Assembly (NCBI GenBank): GCA_965365605.1
Contig: CBDUCI010000003.1
Span: forward strand, 1 to 35,235
Length of the DNA stretch: 35,235 nucleotides
Origin: an uncultured bacterium
GTDB taxonomy: Bacteria; Gemmatimonadota; Gemmatimonadetes; JACCXV01; JAHWKZ01
Direction of reading: 5' to 3'
The translations under genes and the position numbers were made by a program. The notes beneath the pieces are model-generated. The model was not told where the DNA came from. It did not search any database and was given only the letters and a program-made list of their open reading frames with translations. Positions 26,000 through 34,977 of the stretch are shown here, piece by piece; positions within the stretch are counted from its first letter, which is position 1; each line of letters starts with the position of its first letter.

Positions 26000-27576
26000 A
26001 TGCTGAAGTCGCCGCGTCTCGTGTTGTTGCTGCTGGTTGTACCGGTCGCGCTTGCCACGTCCCCGATCGCCGCAACGGCACAAGGTGGCCTGGTACGTGA
26101 TGGTGTCGTGGAGGAAGGGGGTGCGGCGGCGATCGCCGAGCTTCTGGACCCCGTCGTTCGTCACCGAAGTGGTCGTATCGGTGTCGCGGTGTACGCCGCT
26201 GATCTCGGTAATCCGCTCTACCTTCACAACGCCGACCTGCCGCTGACACCGGCTTCGAACATGAAGCTGTACACCACCGCTGCTGCGCTCGACCGGCTTG
26301 GACCAGACTTTCAGTACACGACATCGGTTTACGCCGATGGCGAGATCTATCCCGACGGCACGCTCGATGGCGACTTGATCCTCATCGGTCGTGGGGATCC
26401 AACGCTCTCGGGACGCTTCTACGGAGATAGTGTGACCTTCGTTTTTGATCGTTTTGCCGCCCGTCTCAAGCAGATGGGCATCCGTCGTGTCACCGGCGCG
26501 GTTGTCGGGGATGCCACATACTTCGACGATGCGAGGATCGCACCAGGGTGGGACAGCAGGCACTTGCTCCGTTGGTACGGAGCCCGTTCCAGCGCGCTGT
26601 CAACAAACGACAACGTAGTCACGATCGAGGTCCACCCCGGTGAGTGGGTGGGAGCCCCCCCAGCGCTGACTTTTTACCCGCACACCGATCGGTTGGAGAT
26701 CTCCAATCAGGCGACCACCGTTGGACGCCGGGGTGGTCGTTCAATCGGAATTCGACGCGAGTCAGAGACCGGTAAGTACGTGATCCGAGGTCGAATCCCG
26801 CTCAGAAGCCGCGCTCTCCGGTACATGGTTTCGGTCGAGGACCCGGCGCTGTACACGACATCGGTATTCGCCGACCGGATAAAGCGTGCCGGAATCGAGG
26901 TTGAAGGTGGTGAACGTGTCGTGCACCGCTGGCAACGAAAGGGAGCGAGGTCGGCGACCTTGCTCGTGAGCCACACCAGTCCCGCATGTCGGAGATCGTC
27001 AAGGTCGTGAACAAGCGCAGTCAGAATTTCTTTGCCGAGCAGGTCTTGAAGACGCTGGGCGCTGTTTTTAAAGCCGACGGGTCGTTTGCCAGTGGTGCCA
27101 AGGTGGTTTATGACGTGCTCGGCCAATTGGGCTTGGCGACTGATGGACTGACGATCGAGGACGGTTCAGGTCTCAGCCGTCTCAACCGTGTCACCGCCAG
27201 GCGCACCGCGGAACTCTTGGTGGCGATGCGCTCCCACCCGCTGTTCGATGAGTTCTACGACTCGCTCGCCATCGCTGGCGAAGACGGAGATCCGCGTAGG
27301 CTCGACTCGGCAGCTGCACGCGGCAACGTGCACAGCAAGACCGGCACGCTGCGCGGTGTTTCGGCGCTGTCGGGCTACGTGACGACCAGCGATGGAGAGC
27401 TGCTGGCCTTTTCAGTTCTGATCAACAATCTGTCGCGCGGGAAGTGGGCCGCCATTTCGATCGAGGATGCGATCGTCGAACGGTTGGCGGAGTTCTCGCG
27501 ATGGGATCAGCCACTGTGCGCAACCCAATCACAGATGTCAAACAGTGGAGAGGATTGCCTGCCCGGCGGGGGTTAG
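26000..27576 (+). pseudogene. dacB: D-alanyl-D-alanine carboxypeptidase/endopeptidase (PBP4, S13), frameshifted near 26981-26986
   Basis: First frame has a signal peptide, PASNMK (SxxK) and GRGDP. Second frame has SQN, DGSGLS and KTG. One base is missing at ..HTSP|gc|MSEIV. A sequencing error cannot be excluded. Confidence 0.85.
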
Positions 27577-27926
27577 TCTCGTCGCCTGAGCTCGTATGCG
27601 AGGACAGCCAACGCGACCAGTGCAGCAGATGCAAAGACGATCTTGGTCGTCGCGGTAAGCGGCGGTTGCAGATAGAGGTGCGATTTGTGGCGGCTGGCCC
27701 GGCCGTTGCCATGATCGGATACCCGGACGTGGTCTTTGGCGACGCCATCGAGGTTACGGCGTATCGCCCGCTTGAGCCGGCGTATCGCGCTCGACTCAGA
27801 CTGACCGTACGCGATGTAGCCGGGCAAAGCCGGAGACGTGGCCGCAAACGTGCCTTCGTCGGCCTCCTCCAGGAACACTTGGAAGCCCTCAATCGCCCCA
27901 AACCGGTCTCGGATAAACCCAAGCAT
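27573..27926 (-). CDS. HicB-like domain protein with C-terminal transmembrane helix
   Basis: FQVFLEEADEGTFAATSPALPGYIAYGQSESSAIRRLKRAI matches the HicB/UPF0150 pattern. C-terminus IVFASAALVALAVLAY is followed by RRRD. Confidence 0.72.
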   Translation of the reverse strand: MLGFIRDRFGAIEGFQVFLEEADEGTFAATSPALPGYIAYGQSESSAIRRLKRAIRRNLDGVAKDHVRVSDHGNGRASRHKSHLYLQPPLTATTKIVFASAALVALAVLAYELRRRD

Positions 27927-27932
27927 ATAGAT

Positions 27933-27961
27933 AAGATAGCGGGTTTTCGCGTGGTCGCCAA
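27933..27961 (-). promoter_or_regulatory. Sigma70-type promoter for a leaderless mRNA
   Basis: TTGGCG-N17-TATCTT-N6-ATG(27926), with no SD. Confidence 0.6.
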
Positions 27962-28028
27962 GCGGCTTACGTCGAACCCCGCTCGCGGGATGGGGTAGAA
28001 TATGGCTGCCCCCGGAAAGGAGGCTTAC

Positions 28029-28487
28029 GTGAGGCACCGCATCCGGTTGGTGCCGATCCTCGCCGGCTTTGTTATGGCGACCGGGTCGCACCTCAATGCG
28101 CAAGACACTCAACTCGACCGCGCCATTCGGTCGTTTCACTCCGATTTTCGGTTGTCATCTGATCGTGCTCGCACGGCCCGTGGTGATTTCAACGGCGACG
28201 GTCGCGAAGACGTGGCCGCAATCGTCGAGGGACCGAACCGATCGGCTTTTGTCATCTTCCACGCCCAGCCCGGAGGGTTCACGCCGCACCCACTGTTTAC
28301 CAGCCTGCCTCCAGGACGGGTCGAGCTTCGAGTGCTGGAACCGGGGCGACACAGGGTGGTGGGACCGCAGCGCTCGGTGGTGACAACCACATCAGCTGTC
28401 GAGCTGATCTTCGCGGGTCGTTCGAGCGCCATGTATGTATGGCGTGATGGCCGCTATCACGTGCTGGGTACGGAGAACTTCCGCTAG
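28029..28487 (+). CDS. Hypothetical secreted protein with an FG-GAP/VCBS-like Ca-binding motif
   Basis: TAGAAT at 27996-28001, AAGGAGG SD, GTG start, signal peptide and GDFNGDGREDVA. Confidence 0.75.
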   Translation: MRHRIRLVPILAGFVMATGSHLNAQDTQLDRAIRSFHSDFRLSSDRARTARGDFNGDGREDVAAIVEGPNRSAFVIFHAQPGGFTPHPLFTSLPPGRVELRVLEPGRHRVVGPQRSVVTTTSAVELIFAGRSSAMYVWRDGRYHVLGTENFR

Positions 28488-28502
28488 TCCTCGAACGCCT
28501 CG

Positions 28503-29564
28503 CTATTCATCGCCGTCACGAATAAGCGGATCTCCTGCACTTGCGGGGTCCAGCCCGAGTTCGCTCAGAAAACGACCCTTGACGATCTCTTGAATCGACA
28601 CCGGATCTTCGCCGATGTCGATCTGAGCGCCCGCCATCCGCCCGTGGCCGCCTGCCGTGCCGAGATCGCCGACGATAGCTGTGATCAACGCGCCTGCATC
28701 CAGTGTTTCGTCACGGCTCCGCAAGCTGAGGTAGAGACGACCCTTGTGGCGGCCCATGACGAGCGCGTACTCGGCTTGCTCGAGCGGGGCCAGGAAATCT
28801 GCCAACTCGGCCAACAGATCGGGGTTGTCGGCATCACCAAGATCGGCGATCACGGCCTGCCCGTGGACCACCGAGCGCTCGAGTGCCGAGTGAAAGGCCT
28901 CGAAATGGCGTCGTGGTATGAGCGGGTTCTCGATCCGCGCTAGCAGTGACAGATCGGCATGGGGGAAGATCTGGAGGTAAGCGTGCAGGTCGGCCTCGCT
29001 CGACTCACGCTCCAGTCCTCGGGTATCCGACTTTATGCCAATCAGGAGTGCTGTGGCCAGCCGGGTCGACAGATCGATTCCGGCCGCCTCCAGGTAGTAG
29101 TACATGATCGTCGAGGTGGCCCCATAGTCGGTGCGCACATCGGCGAACTGCACGTTTGCGGTCTCGGGTCGCATCGGGTGGTGGTCAATAGCGATCGAGA
29201 TTGGGAGATCGTTGGGTAGGGAGTGGTTTCCGGTTTGCGGTTGGGTGTCGATCAACGCGTGAGTCCCGTAATCGTCGAGGCGGACTTGCGCGAGCGGGTA
29301 CAGGCGAACACCGAGCTGGTGAACCATGGCGCGATTGGTGGCCCGGCCGATCGTTCCGCCAAATGCGATTATGGGCTCGATTGAGAGTTTGTGACTGAGT
29401 AGAAAGCTCAGTGCAAAGGCGCTGGCGATCGAGTCTGGATCGGGGTGGTCGTGGGTGTAGATGGCGACCGGCTTCTCGATGTCGACCGCTGCCAAGAGCT
29501 TGTCCAGCAACCGCTGGGCATGGCTGGTCGCATCGGCTGATGTAGCAGAAGGCTGGACCGCCAC
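28503..29564 (-). CDS. DHH/DHHA1 phosphoesterase (NrnA-like)
   Basis: THDHPDPDS, IDT, IDHH, GATST, GIKSDT, SLRS and GGH. Confidence 0.92.
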   Translation of the reverse strand: MAVQPSATSADATSHAQRLLDKLLAAVDIEKPVAIYTHDHPDPDSIASAFALSFLLSHKLSIEPIIAFGGTIGRATNRAMVHQLGVRLYPLAQVRLDDYGTHALIDTQPQTGNHSLPNDLPISIAIDHHPMRPETANVQFADVRTDYGATSTIMYYYLEAAGIDLSTRLATALLIGIKSDTRGLERESSEADLHAYLQIFPHADLSLLARIENPLIPRRHFEAFHSALERSVVHGQAVIADLGDADNPDLLAELADFLAPLEQAEYALVMGRHKGRLYLSLRSRDETLDAGALITAIVGDLGTAGGHGRMAGAQIDIGEDPVSIQEIVKGRFLSELGLDPASAGDPLIRDGDE

Positions 29565-29575
29565 GTGTGCGCTCC

Positions 29576-30622
29576 CTAGTCGGTCGCCAGGATGATGCGC
29601 TTGGCGATCTCGCGGAACCGCTCGGCGATCGGTGATTTGGGTAGCGCCACTACGATGGGCTCGCCGCTGTCGCCGGTCGGCGTGACGTCCTCATGCAATG
29701 GGATCGTACCGAGAAACGGAATGTTGAATCGCTCAGCGGTCGCTCGCCCGCCACCGCGCCCGAAGATCGAGTGCTCGGTGTTACAGCTCGGGCAAACGAA
29801 GCTGCCCATGTTTTCGACGATGCCCAACACCCGAGCGCCGACCTTGTCGAACATCTTGAGCCCTTTTTTGGCGTCGATCAGCGCGATGTCCTGTGGGGTG
29901 GTGACGATCACGGCTCCGTCCAAAGGCACGGATTGAGTCAGCGTCAGGTGTGCATCGCCGGTTCCGGGCGGTAAGTCGACAACCAGATAATCGAGCTCCC
30001 CCCAAGCGACTTCGCGCAGAAACTGGGTAACCGCCGAGTGAACCATAGGACCCCGCCACACCAGCGGCGTGTCCTCACCCTCAACTAAGAACCCGAGCGA
30101 CATGAGCGCGATCCCGTGGCGAGTCAGCGGTTGAATGCGCTTGCCGACGGTGCTCGGTTGAGCGCCTTTGAGTCCCATCATGGTGGGGATCGAAGGGCCG
30201 TAGATGTCGGCGTCAAGCAATCCCACGCGGTGTCCCTCAGCGGCGATTGCCAGCGCCAGGTTGACCGCTACGGTCGATTTACCGACGCCACCCTTTCCGC
30301 TGGCCACCGCCAACACATGATGCACGCCCTCGATCGGCTGCTGCGGCGACGGTCGTCGCGCCGGGCCAGTGGCGGTTCCTGGCTGCTCCTGGAGGCTGAT
30401 CGCCACCTCCTCGACGCCGTCGAGATCGCCAATCTGGCCCTTGAGCTCCTTGAGGACCGTCTCCGAGAGCGGCTGGGTGGGATCGACGAGCACCTTGAAT
30501 GCCACGCTGCCATCGTTGATCTTCAGTTCCTTGATCCGGCCCAGCGAGATGAGATCCTTGTCGCTGTCCGGGTCGCGGATACGGCGGATCGCTCGGATTA
30601 CGTCCTTTTCTTGCGCCGGCAT
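29576..30622 (-). CDS. mrp: Mrp/ApbC/NBP35 Fe-S cluster carrier ATPase
   Basis: N-terminal DUF59-like domain, SGKGGVGKST, DADIYGPS, WRGPM, DLPPGTGD, VTTPQ and ENM..FVCPSC. Confidence 0.95.
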   Translation of the reverse strand: MPAQEKDVIRAIRRIRDPDSDKDLISLGRIKELKINDGSVAFKVLVDPTQPLSETVLKELKGQIGDLDGVEEVAISLQEQPGTATGPARRPSPQQPIEGVHHVLAVASGKGGVGKSTVAVNLALAIAAEGHRVGLLDADIYGPSIPTMMGLKGAQPSTVGKRIQPLTRHGIALMSLGFLVEGEDTPLVWRGPMVHSAVTQFLREVAWGELDYLVVDLPPGTGDAHLTLTQSVPLDGAVIVTTPQDIALIDAKKGLKMFDKVGARVLGIVENMGSFVCPSCNTEHSIFGRGGGRATAERFNIPFLGTIPLHEDVTPTGDSGEPIVVALPKSPIAERFREIAKRIILATD

Positions 30623-30645
30623 AGTGTACGACGAGTTTTCTGGGG

Positions 30646-31797
30646 TTGAATGAGGACCTGAAAGTGATAGCAGACAGCGGCGAATATAGTAGCCCCCAAT
30701 ACCGCCATCATGCGGCGCTCAGAATCGCCCTGTTGTGGACGTTGGCGATCCTGGCAGTGGGTTTCGATGCGCGTCCGATTCACGGCCAATCCGGGGACCG
30801 AGTCCCGGCGGTTCGATTCCATGTTGGTGGTGCCGAGCTGCTGCCGATGGTGTATCCCGAACGGTACAGTGGCGGTCCTCAAGCGCTGACTGAGGACGCG
30901 GGGTGGGTGCGTGACAACGCTGACGAGCTCATCAAATGGTGGGACCGCGACGGATTGTTGTTCCTTCAGCGGATAACCGACTTCGCGGGACTTCGATGGC
31001 CCTACCAAGACATCGAGGTTTACTTGGTGCGTCACTGGCCGATCGTTTCGATCGAGCGACCACTGGTGATCGCGCTGGAGGCGGTGCGAGCCGGTGGGCG
31101 GGCGGTGCCGGTGCCCGAAGACGACGACGTCCGCATACTGCTCGTGGCTCATCAGATCACCCACTACATCGTCGATCCACCTGCTTTTGAACCTTCAGGT
31201 CCACGTAATCCGGCATACGAGCATCCGTTCATGGCGCCTGGAAACTTCGAGGCCGAGGCGATGGTGAACTGGTTGACGTATCGGGCGCTCGAGGATCTTT
31301 GGGGTCGTGAGCGGCTGGCTGCCGCGACCTCGGATGAGCTCTGGCAGGCATACAACCCCAACCACGGTTACGTCATCGACGAGCTGGAGCCCCGCCATCG
31401 ATTGTCACGTCGGCGTCCGCTCGCTGATTGGCTCACCGAAAATCCACCCGGGAGCGAGATCTTTCGTGTGCGGGACGCCTATGTGCGCCAAGCCGGCACT
31501 CCATCGGCTCAACCGGTGGCCGAGCGCGAGAGCGTGACTGGCACCGATTACGGCCTTGATCTCGGTGCGTCGCATGACGGCCGCATCTTTGTCGCCTACG
31601 TCGATGGTGAGTCGCCAGCGGCTCGGGTGGGTGTTCGGCAGGGGGACGTTGTGTTCACGATCGAGGGTCGTGAGGTCGGGACCGATGTCGTCAGCGCGCA
31701 GCAACGGATGAACGAGTCGTGGGCGGACAACGGTGAGATCAATCTGAGTGTGGAACGGCAGGGTCAGGAGATCTTCTTCAGCATCGAGGGGTCCTGA
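30646..31797 (+). CDS. Secreted protein with degenerate gluzincin-like domain and C-terminal PDZ
   Basis: PDZ: YGLDLG..IFVAYVDGESPAARVGVRQGDVVFTIEG. The N-terminal domain contains VAHQITH. The start is uncertain. Confidence 0.72.
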   Translation: MNEDLKVIADSGEYSSPQYRHHAALRIALLWTLAILAVGFDARPIHGQSGDRVPAVRFHVGGAELLPMVYPERYSGGPQALTEDAGWVRDNADELIKWWDRDGLLFLQRITDFAGLRWPYQDIEVYLVRHWPIVSIERPLVIALEAVRAGGRAVPVPEDDDVRILLVAHQITHYIVDPPAFEPSGPRNPAYEHPFMAPGNFEAEAMVNWLTYRALEDLWGRERLAAATSDELWQAYNPNHGYVIDELEPRHRLSRRRPLADWLTENPPGSEIFRVRDAYVRQAGTPSAQPVAERESVTGTDYGLDLGASHDGRIFVAYVDGESPAARVGVRQGDVVFTIEGREVGTDVVSAQQRMNESWADNGEINLSVERQGQEIFFSIEGS

Positions 31798-32657
31798 AGT
31801 CCCGCCGCGGTCTCACGCTAGGCCATACGGTCGTGGTCCTCGCCGCTACGTTAGTCATGGCCTACTGGCTGTTAGCGCTCACCGAGCGGCTTTTTCCCGA
31901 CTGGCCGGAAATCGTCCGCCTCGCGCTTCCAACCGAGATCGCCTTCGCGGCCGCGATCGCTTTCGTGGTTTGGAGAGGGGATGTGGGTTGGAAAAAGTCG
32001 TTAGCCCTGAAAGCGCTGGAGCGGCGCTCGGTCCCCCCGCTCATTCTGATTCTGGTCGGGTCGGTGACTGTGTTCAGCGAGCTGTACGTCGTTATTCAGC
32101 GGCTGGCTCCGGTGCCGGAAGCATATGCCGAGTTCCTCCGCGGTCTCCTCGACACCTCAAGCCCGGAGGCGATCATTCTGGCGGTTATCCTGGCCCCGCT
32201 GCTCGAAGAGGGCCTCTTTCGTGGCGCGATCCTACAAGGCCTCAGCCGGACCCGTGGACCACGCTCGGCAAGCACGTGGACAGCGATCTTTTTTGCCGTG
32301 TTTCATCTCTACAACCCGTGGCAGCTGTTGCCGACTTTCTTCCTCGGCTTGGTTCTAGCGTGGCTCGTGCTCACCACCGGTTCCCTGTGGGCGTCGGTGG
32401 CCGTGCACGGCCTCTTCAACGCAGTCTCACTGCTGTTGATCCGGCTCCCAACTGACGATATCTCGCCGTCTCAGTGGGCCGTGCCGTGGGTCGTATCGGC
32501 GATCGTGCTGGCCCTGCTCGCCGGGAGCTTGGCGTTGCTGGTTGGCATGGCGTGGATCGAACGCCAGACCGGAGGTGGGCCGTTTGCCGAGCCCGAAACG
32601 GACGCCGGTGGTCAATCGCCGCCGGGAACAAGCTACGTGCCCGACACCTCATCGTAA
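31794..32657 (+). CDS. CPBP (Abi/CAAX) intramembrane metalloprotease
   Basis: APLLEEGLFRG, FAVFH and HGLFN, multi-TM. Start is CTG 31794 (CTGA overlap) or GTG 31833. Confidence 0.9.
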   Translation: MKSRRGLTLGHTVVVLAATLVMAYWLLALTERLFPDWPEIVRLALPTEIAFAAAIAFVVWRGDVGWKKSLALKALERRSVPPLILILVGSVTVFSELYVVIQRLAPVPEAYAEFLRGLLDTSSPEAIILAVILAPLLEEGLFRGAILQGLSRTRGPRSASTWTAIFFAVFHLYNPWQLLPTFFLGLVLAWLVLTTGSLWASVAVHGLFNAVSLLLIRLPTDDISPSQWAVPWVVSAIVLALLAGSLALLVGMAWIERQTGGGPFAEPETDAGGQSPPGTSYVPDTSS

Positions 32658-33406
32658 GCCTGTTTGAACGCGTCGAGCTCGACGCGGCTCCAAGTGACCC
32701 TTCCTGCCCGGCGGACCTTTTTGAGCGAGCGCTGGAAGCGCTCCAGGTTGGCTTTTGCGCGCGCCGCGTCCGGCTCCGTGATGCGTGCCCGATCGAGGTC
32801 GAGCAAGGCTGCCCGCCACTGACCGTCGGCTGATGGCTGCACAAAGACATTCCCGATGTTCAGATCGGCGTGGTCGAGCCCGCATCGGTGAGCGCGTCCC
32901 ACCAAAGCGCCGGCTGCGCGCATCGCTGAGATGCGGACGTCCCCCGGGTACCGATTGGGCGCCAACAGCGCTTCGAGGTCGTGTCCCGGCTCGAGCCACT
33001 CGGTTCCCAGGTCCCCACGGTAGCCCGGACGCGCCGACGTCACAACGGCGCACAAAACGCGGGGCGTGAAGACGCCGGCGCGACGGAGCTGATCACTGAC
33101 CGCGAGCTCAAGGAACGGTCGCGGGGGTGAGTCGAGGTAGCGATCTCCGAGTAGGGGCGCCATCCAGCCGCCACGTCGAAAGTGACGCACCGCGGCGTCG
33201 TGTTCTCCAAGTCGGACTCGGTACACTAAACCGCGGCCGGTGTCGATCCTTTGCCGCGATCGATCGGCGGCCCACTCGCACAGCGATCCGGAACGATCGA
33301 TCGCAGCGCGAACGGCGTCAACGGTCGGTCGCCATGCGACGATCGTGTGCGAACCCTGTTGCCAGTGATCGTATTCGGGTGGAGTATGCGTTGGACGATC
33401 TGCCAA
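32633..33406 (-). CDS. Kdo kinase / lipopolysaccharide kinase family
   Basis: VRHFRRGG, RPFLEL, catalytic HADLNIGN, LLDLDR and NLERFQRSLKK resemble KdkA. Confidence 0.85.
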   Translation of the reverse strand: MADRPTHTPPEYDHWQQGSHTIVAWRPTVDAVRAAIDRSGSLCEWAADRSRQRIDTGRGLVYRVRLGEHDAAVRHFRRGGWMAPLLGDRYLDSPPRPFLELAVSDQLRRAGVFTPRVLCAVVTSARPGYRGDLGTEWLEPGHDLEALLAPNRYPGDVRISAMRAAGALVGRAHRCGLDHADLNIGNVFVQPSADGQWRAALLDLDRARITEPDAARAKANLERFQRSLKKVRRAGRVTWSRVELDAFKQAYDEVSGT

Positions 33407-33409
33407 CGG

Positions 33410-34918
33410 CTACGGCGCCCAGCCCAGGACGAACCCTTCCACCAGACGATCGATGGCTGGATTGGCTTGTGAGCCCGCGCCGTTGACAAACACGCTGAAG
33501 GCGTATTCGCGGCCGGAAACCGTGCTCATATAACCGGACAGCGCGTAGACGTTGGCGATAAAACCGGTTTTGGCTCGCACTCGCCCCTGAGCAGCACTGC
33601 CCCGAAAGCGCCCCTTCAGCGAGCCGCTCTGACCAGCGACCGACAGCGTTCGTGCGAAAACATCGCCATGAGGGCGTGAGCGCATCGTCGTCAGCAACTC
33701 AACCAGCGCTCGCGGCGTCGTCAGATTAGCTGGCGAGAGACCCGAGGCGTCGCGCAAAAGGAACGCGGTCGTATCCACTCCCAGTTGAGCTAGCGTCTCG
33801 CGCTCGACTCTTAGCCCCGCGTCCCATGTCCCGGCACCGGCGATCTCCCGCCCCAGCGTCTTGAGCACTTGCTCGGCGTGCCAATTTTGGCTCCGGCCAT
33901 TGATCGACTCCAGCACTGTCGCCAGCGGTACCGATCGATGGTTGGCGATCGCGATCGTGCCGGCCGATCCGACCGGTGAGACGAGTGGGTCCGACACGGT
34001 TCGAACACGGCCGCTTATTTCGATACCGCGCTCGGCGAGCACGCTTCGAAACATCGTAGCCGAGTAGGCGGCCGCGTCCACCACCGCGACATACGCCGTT
34101 TCCGGTCGCTCATCGAGCGGCAGCACGCCAAACGCGGTGATCCGATTGGTACCCGGTTCGCGCTTCATGTCGAACGTCGATTCAACGCCTCTGGCCCCGG
34201 TTACTGCGCGATTGTCCAGGGTGTAAAAAGGCGACTTTGGCAGGGTCTCGATCGACGGCTGGGCGCCGGCTCGGGGTCCCGGTCGGATGGCGACGTCAAC
34301 GCTGTTGTCGTTGAATCCCAACGCTCCCACGGGTGCCGCGTACCACCACATCTGATCAAAACCCGACCAGTCTCGATGGTGATATTGATCGTCCCAATGG
34401 GATTCGTCGGCGATCAAGTCTCCGGCAACCCGTTTCAACCCATGTGAGATCAGCGAATCGGCGAGCCACTCGAAGATCGAGGTCATAGACGGAGCGTGAC
34501 GTCCGGACAGGTTCGGGTCGCCGCGACCGTACAACACGAGGTCTCCGTTGAGTGTCCCATCCGGTCCAACTGGCCGCGTGGCGTAGACAGTCGTGCGGTA
34601 GGTGAATTCGGGTCCCAACCGTTCGAGCGCCACCGCGCTCACGACGAGCTTGAGGTTGGATGCAGGAACAAAAAAGCGATCCGCGTTGTGAAGCGCGACC
34701 CACTGCTCGGCTTCGGTGTCGTATACAGCGACACCCCAGTGCGCTCGGGAAAGCACGCCGCTGGCTACGGTGGCCAGCCACGATGGCAGCGTATCCGGGG
34801 GAGCGAACCGGATCGTAGAGTCGATCGCTGCGCTCGGTTGGCTCGCGACAGCCGTCAAGAGCGACAGCCCGAGCACCGTCGAGATCGACCGGACTTGTCT
34901 CGAGTGAGCGAATATCAT
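33410..34918 (-). CDS. dacB: D-alanyl-D-alanine carboxypeptidase/endopeptidase (PBP4, S13), intact
   Basis: Signal peptide, PASNLK, GRGDP, SQN, DASGLS, KTG and LSGY. Confidence 0.94.
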   Translation of the reverse strand: MIFAHSRQVRSISTVLGLSLLTAVASQPSAAIDSTIRFAPPDTLPSWLATVASGVLSRAHWGVAVYDTEAEQWVALHNADRFFVPASNLKLVVSAVALERLGPEFTYRTTVYATRPVGPDGTLNGDLVLYGRGDPNLSGRHAPSMTSIFEWLADSLISHGLKRVAGDLIADESHWDDQYHHRDWSGFDQMWWYAAPVGALGFNDNSVDVAIRPGPRAGAQPSIETLPKSPFYTLDNRAVTGARGVESTFDMKREPGTNRITAFGVLPLDERPETAYVAVVDAAAYSATMFRSVLAERGIEISGRVRTVSDPLVSPVGSAGTIAIANHRSVPLATVLESINGRSQNWHAEQVLKTLGREIAGAGTWDAGLRVERETLAQLGVDTTAFLLRDASGLSPANLTTPRALVELLTTMRSRPHGDVFARTLSVAGQSGSLKGRFRGSAAQGRVRAKTGFIANVYALSGYMSTVSGREYAFSVFVNGAGSQANPAIDRLVEGFVLGWAP

Positions 34919-34927
34919 CTGGAAACG

Positions 34928-34967
34928 AAGCTAGGAATGCGCCTCGGGAGGCGTCAATGTTGACGCC
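34928..34967 (-). promoter_or_regulatory. Putative dacB promoter with a palindrome over the -35 element
   Basis: TTGACG-N18-TAGCTT-N9-ATG. Inverted repeat GGCGTCAA-tg-TTGACGCC at 34950-34967. Confidence 0.55.
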
Positions 34968-34977
34968 CGATTGTGAG

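Noticed and set aside
30623-30628. TACACT as a leaderless -10 for mrp
   Set aside because: It abuts the ATG with no spacer, which is incompatible with initiation at that codon.
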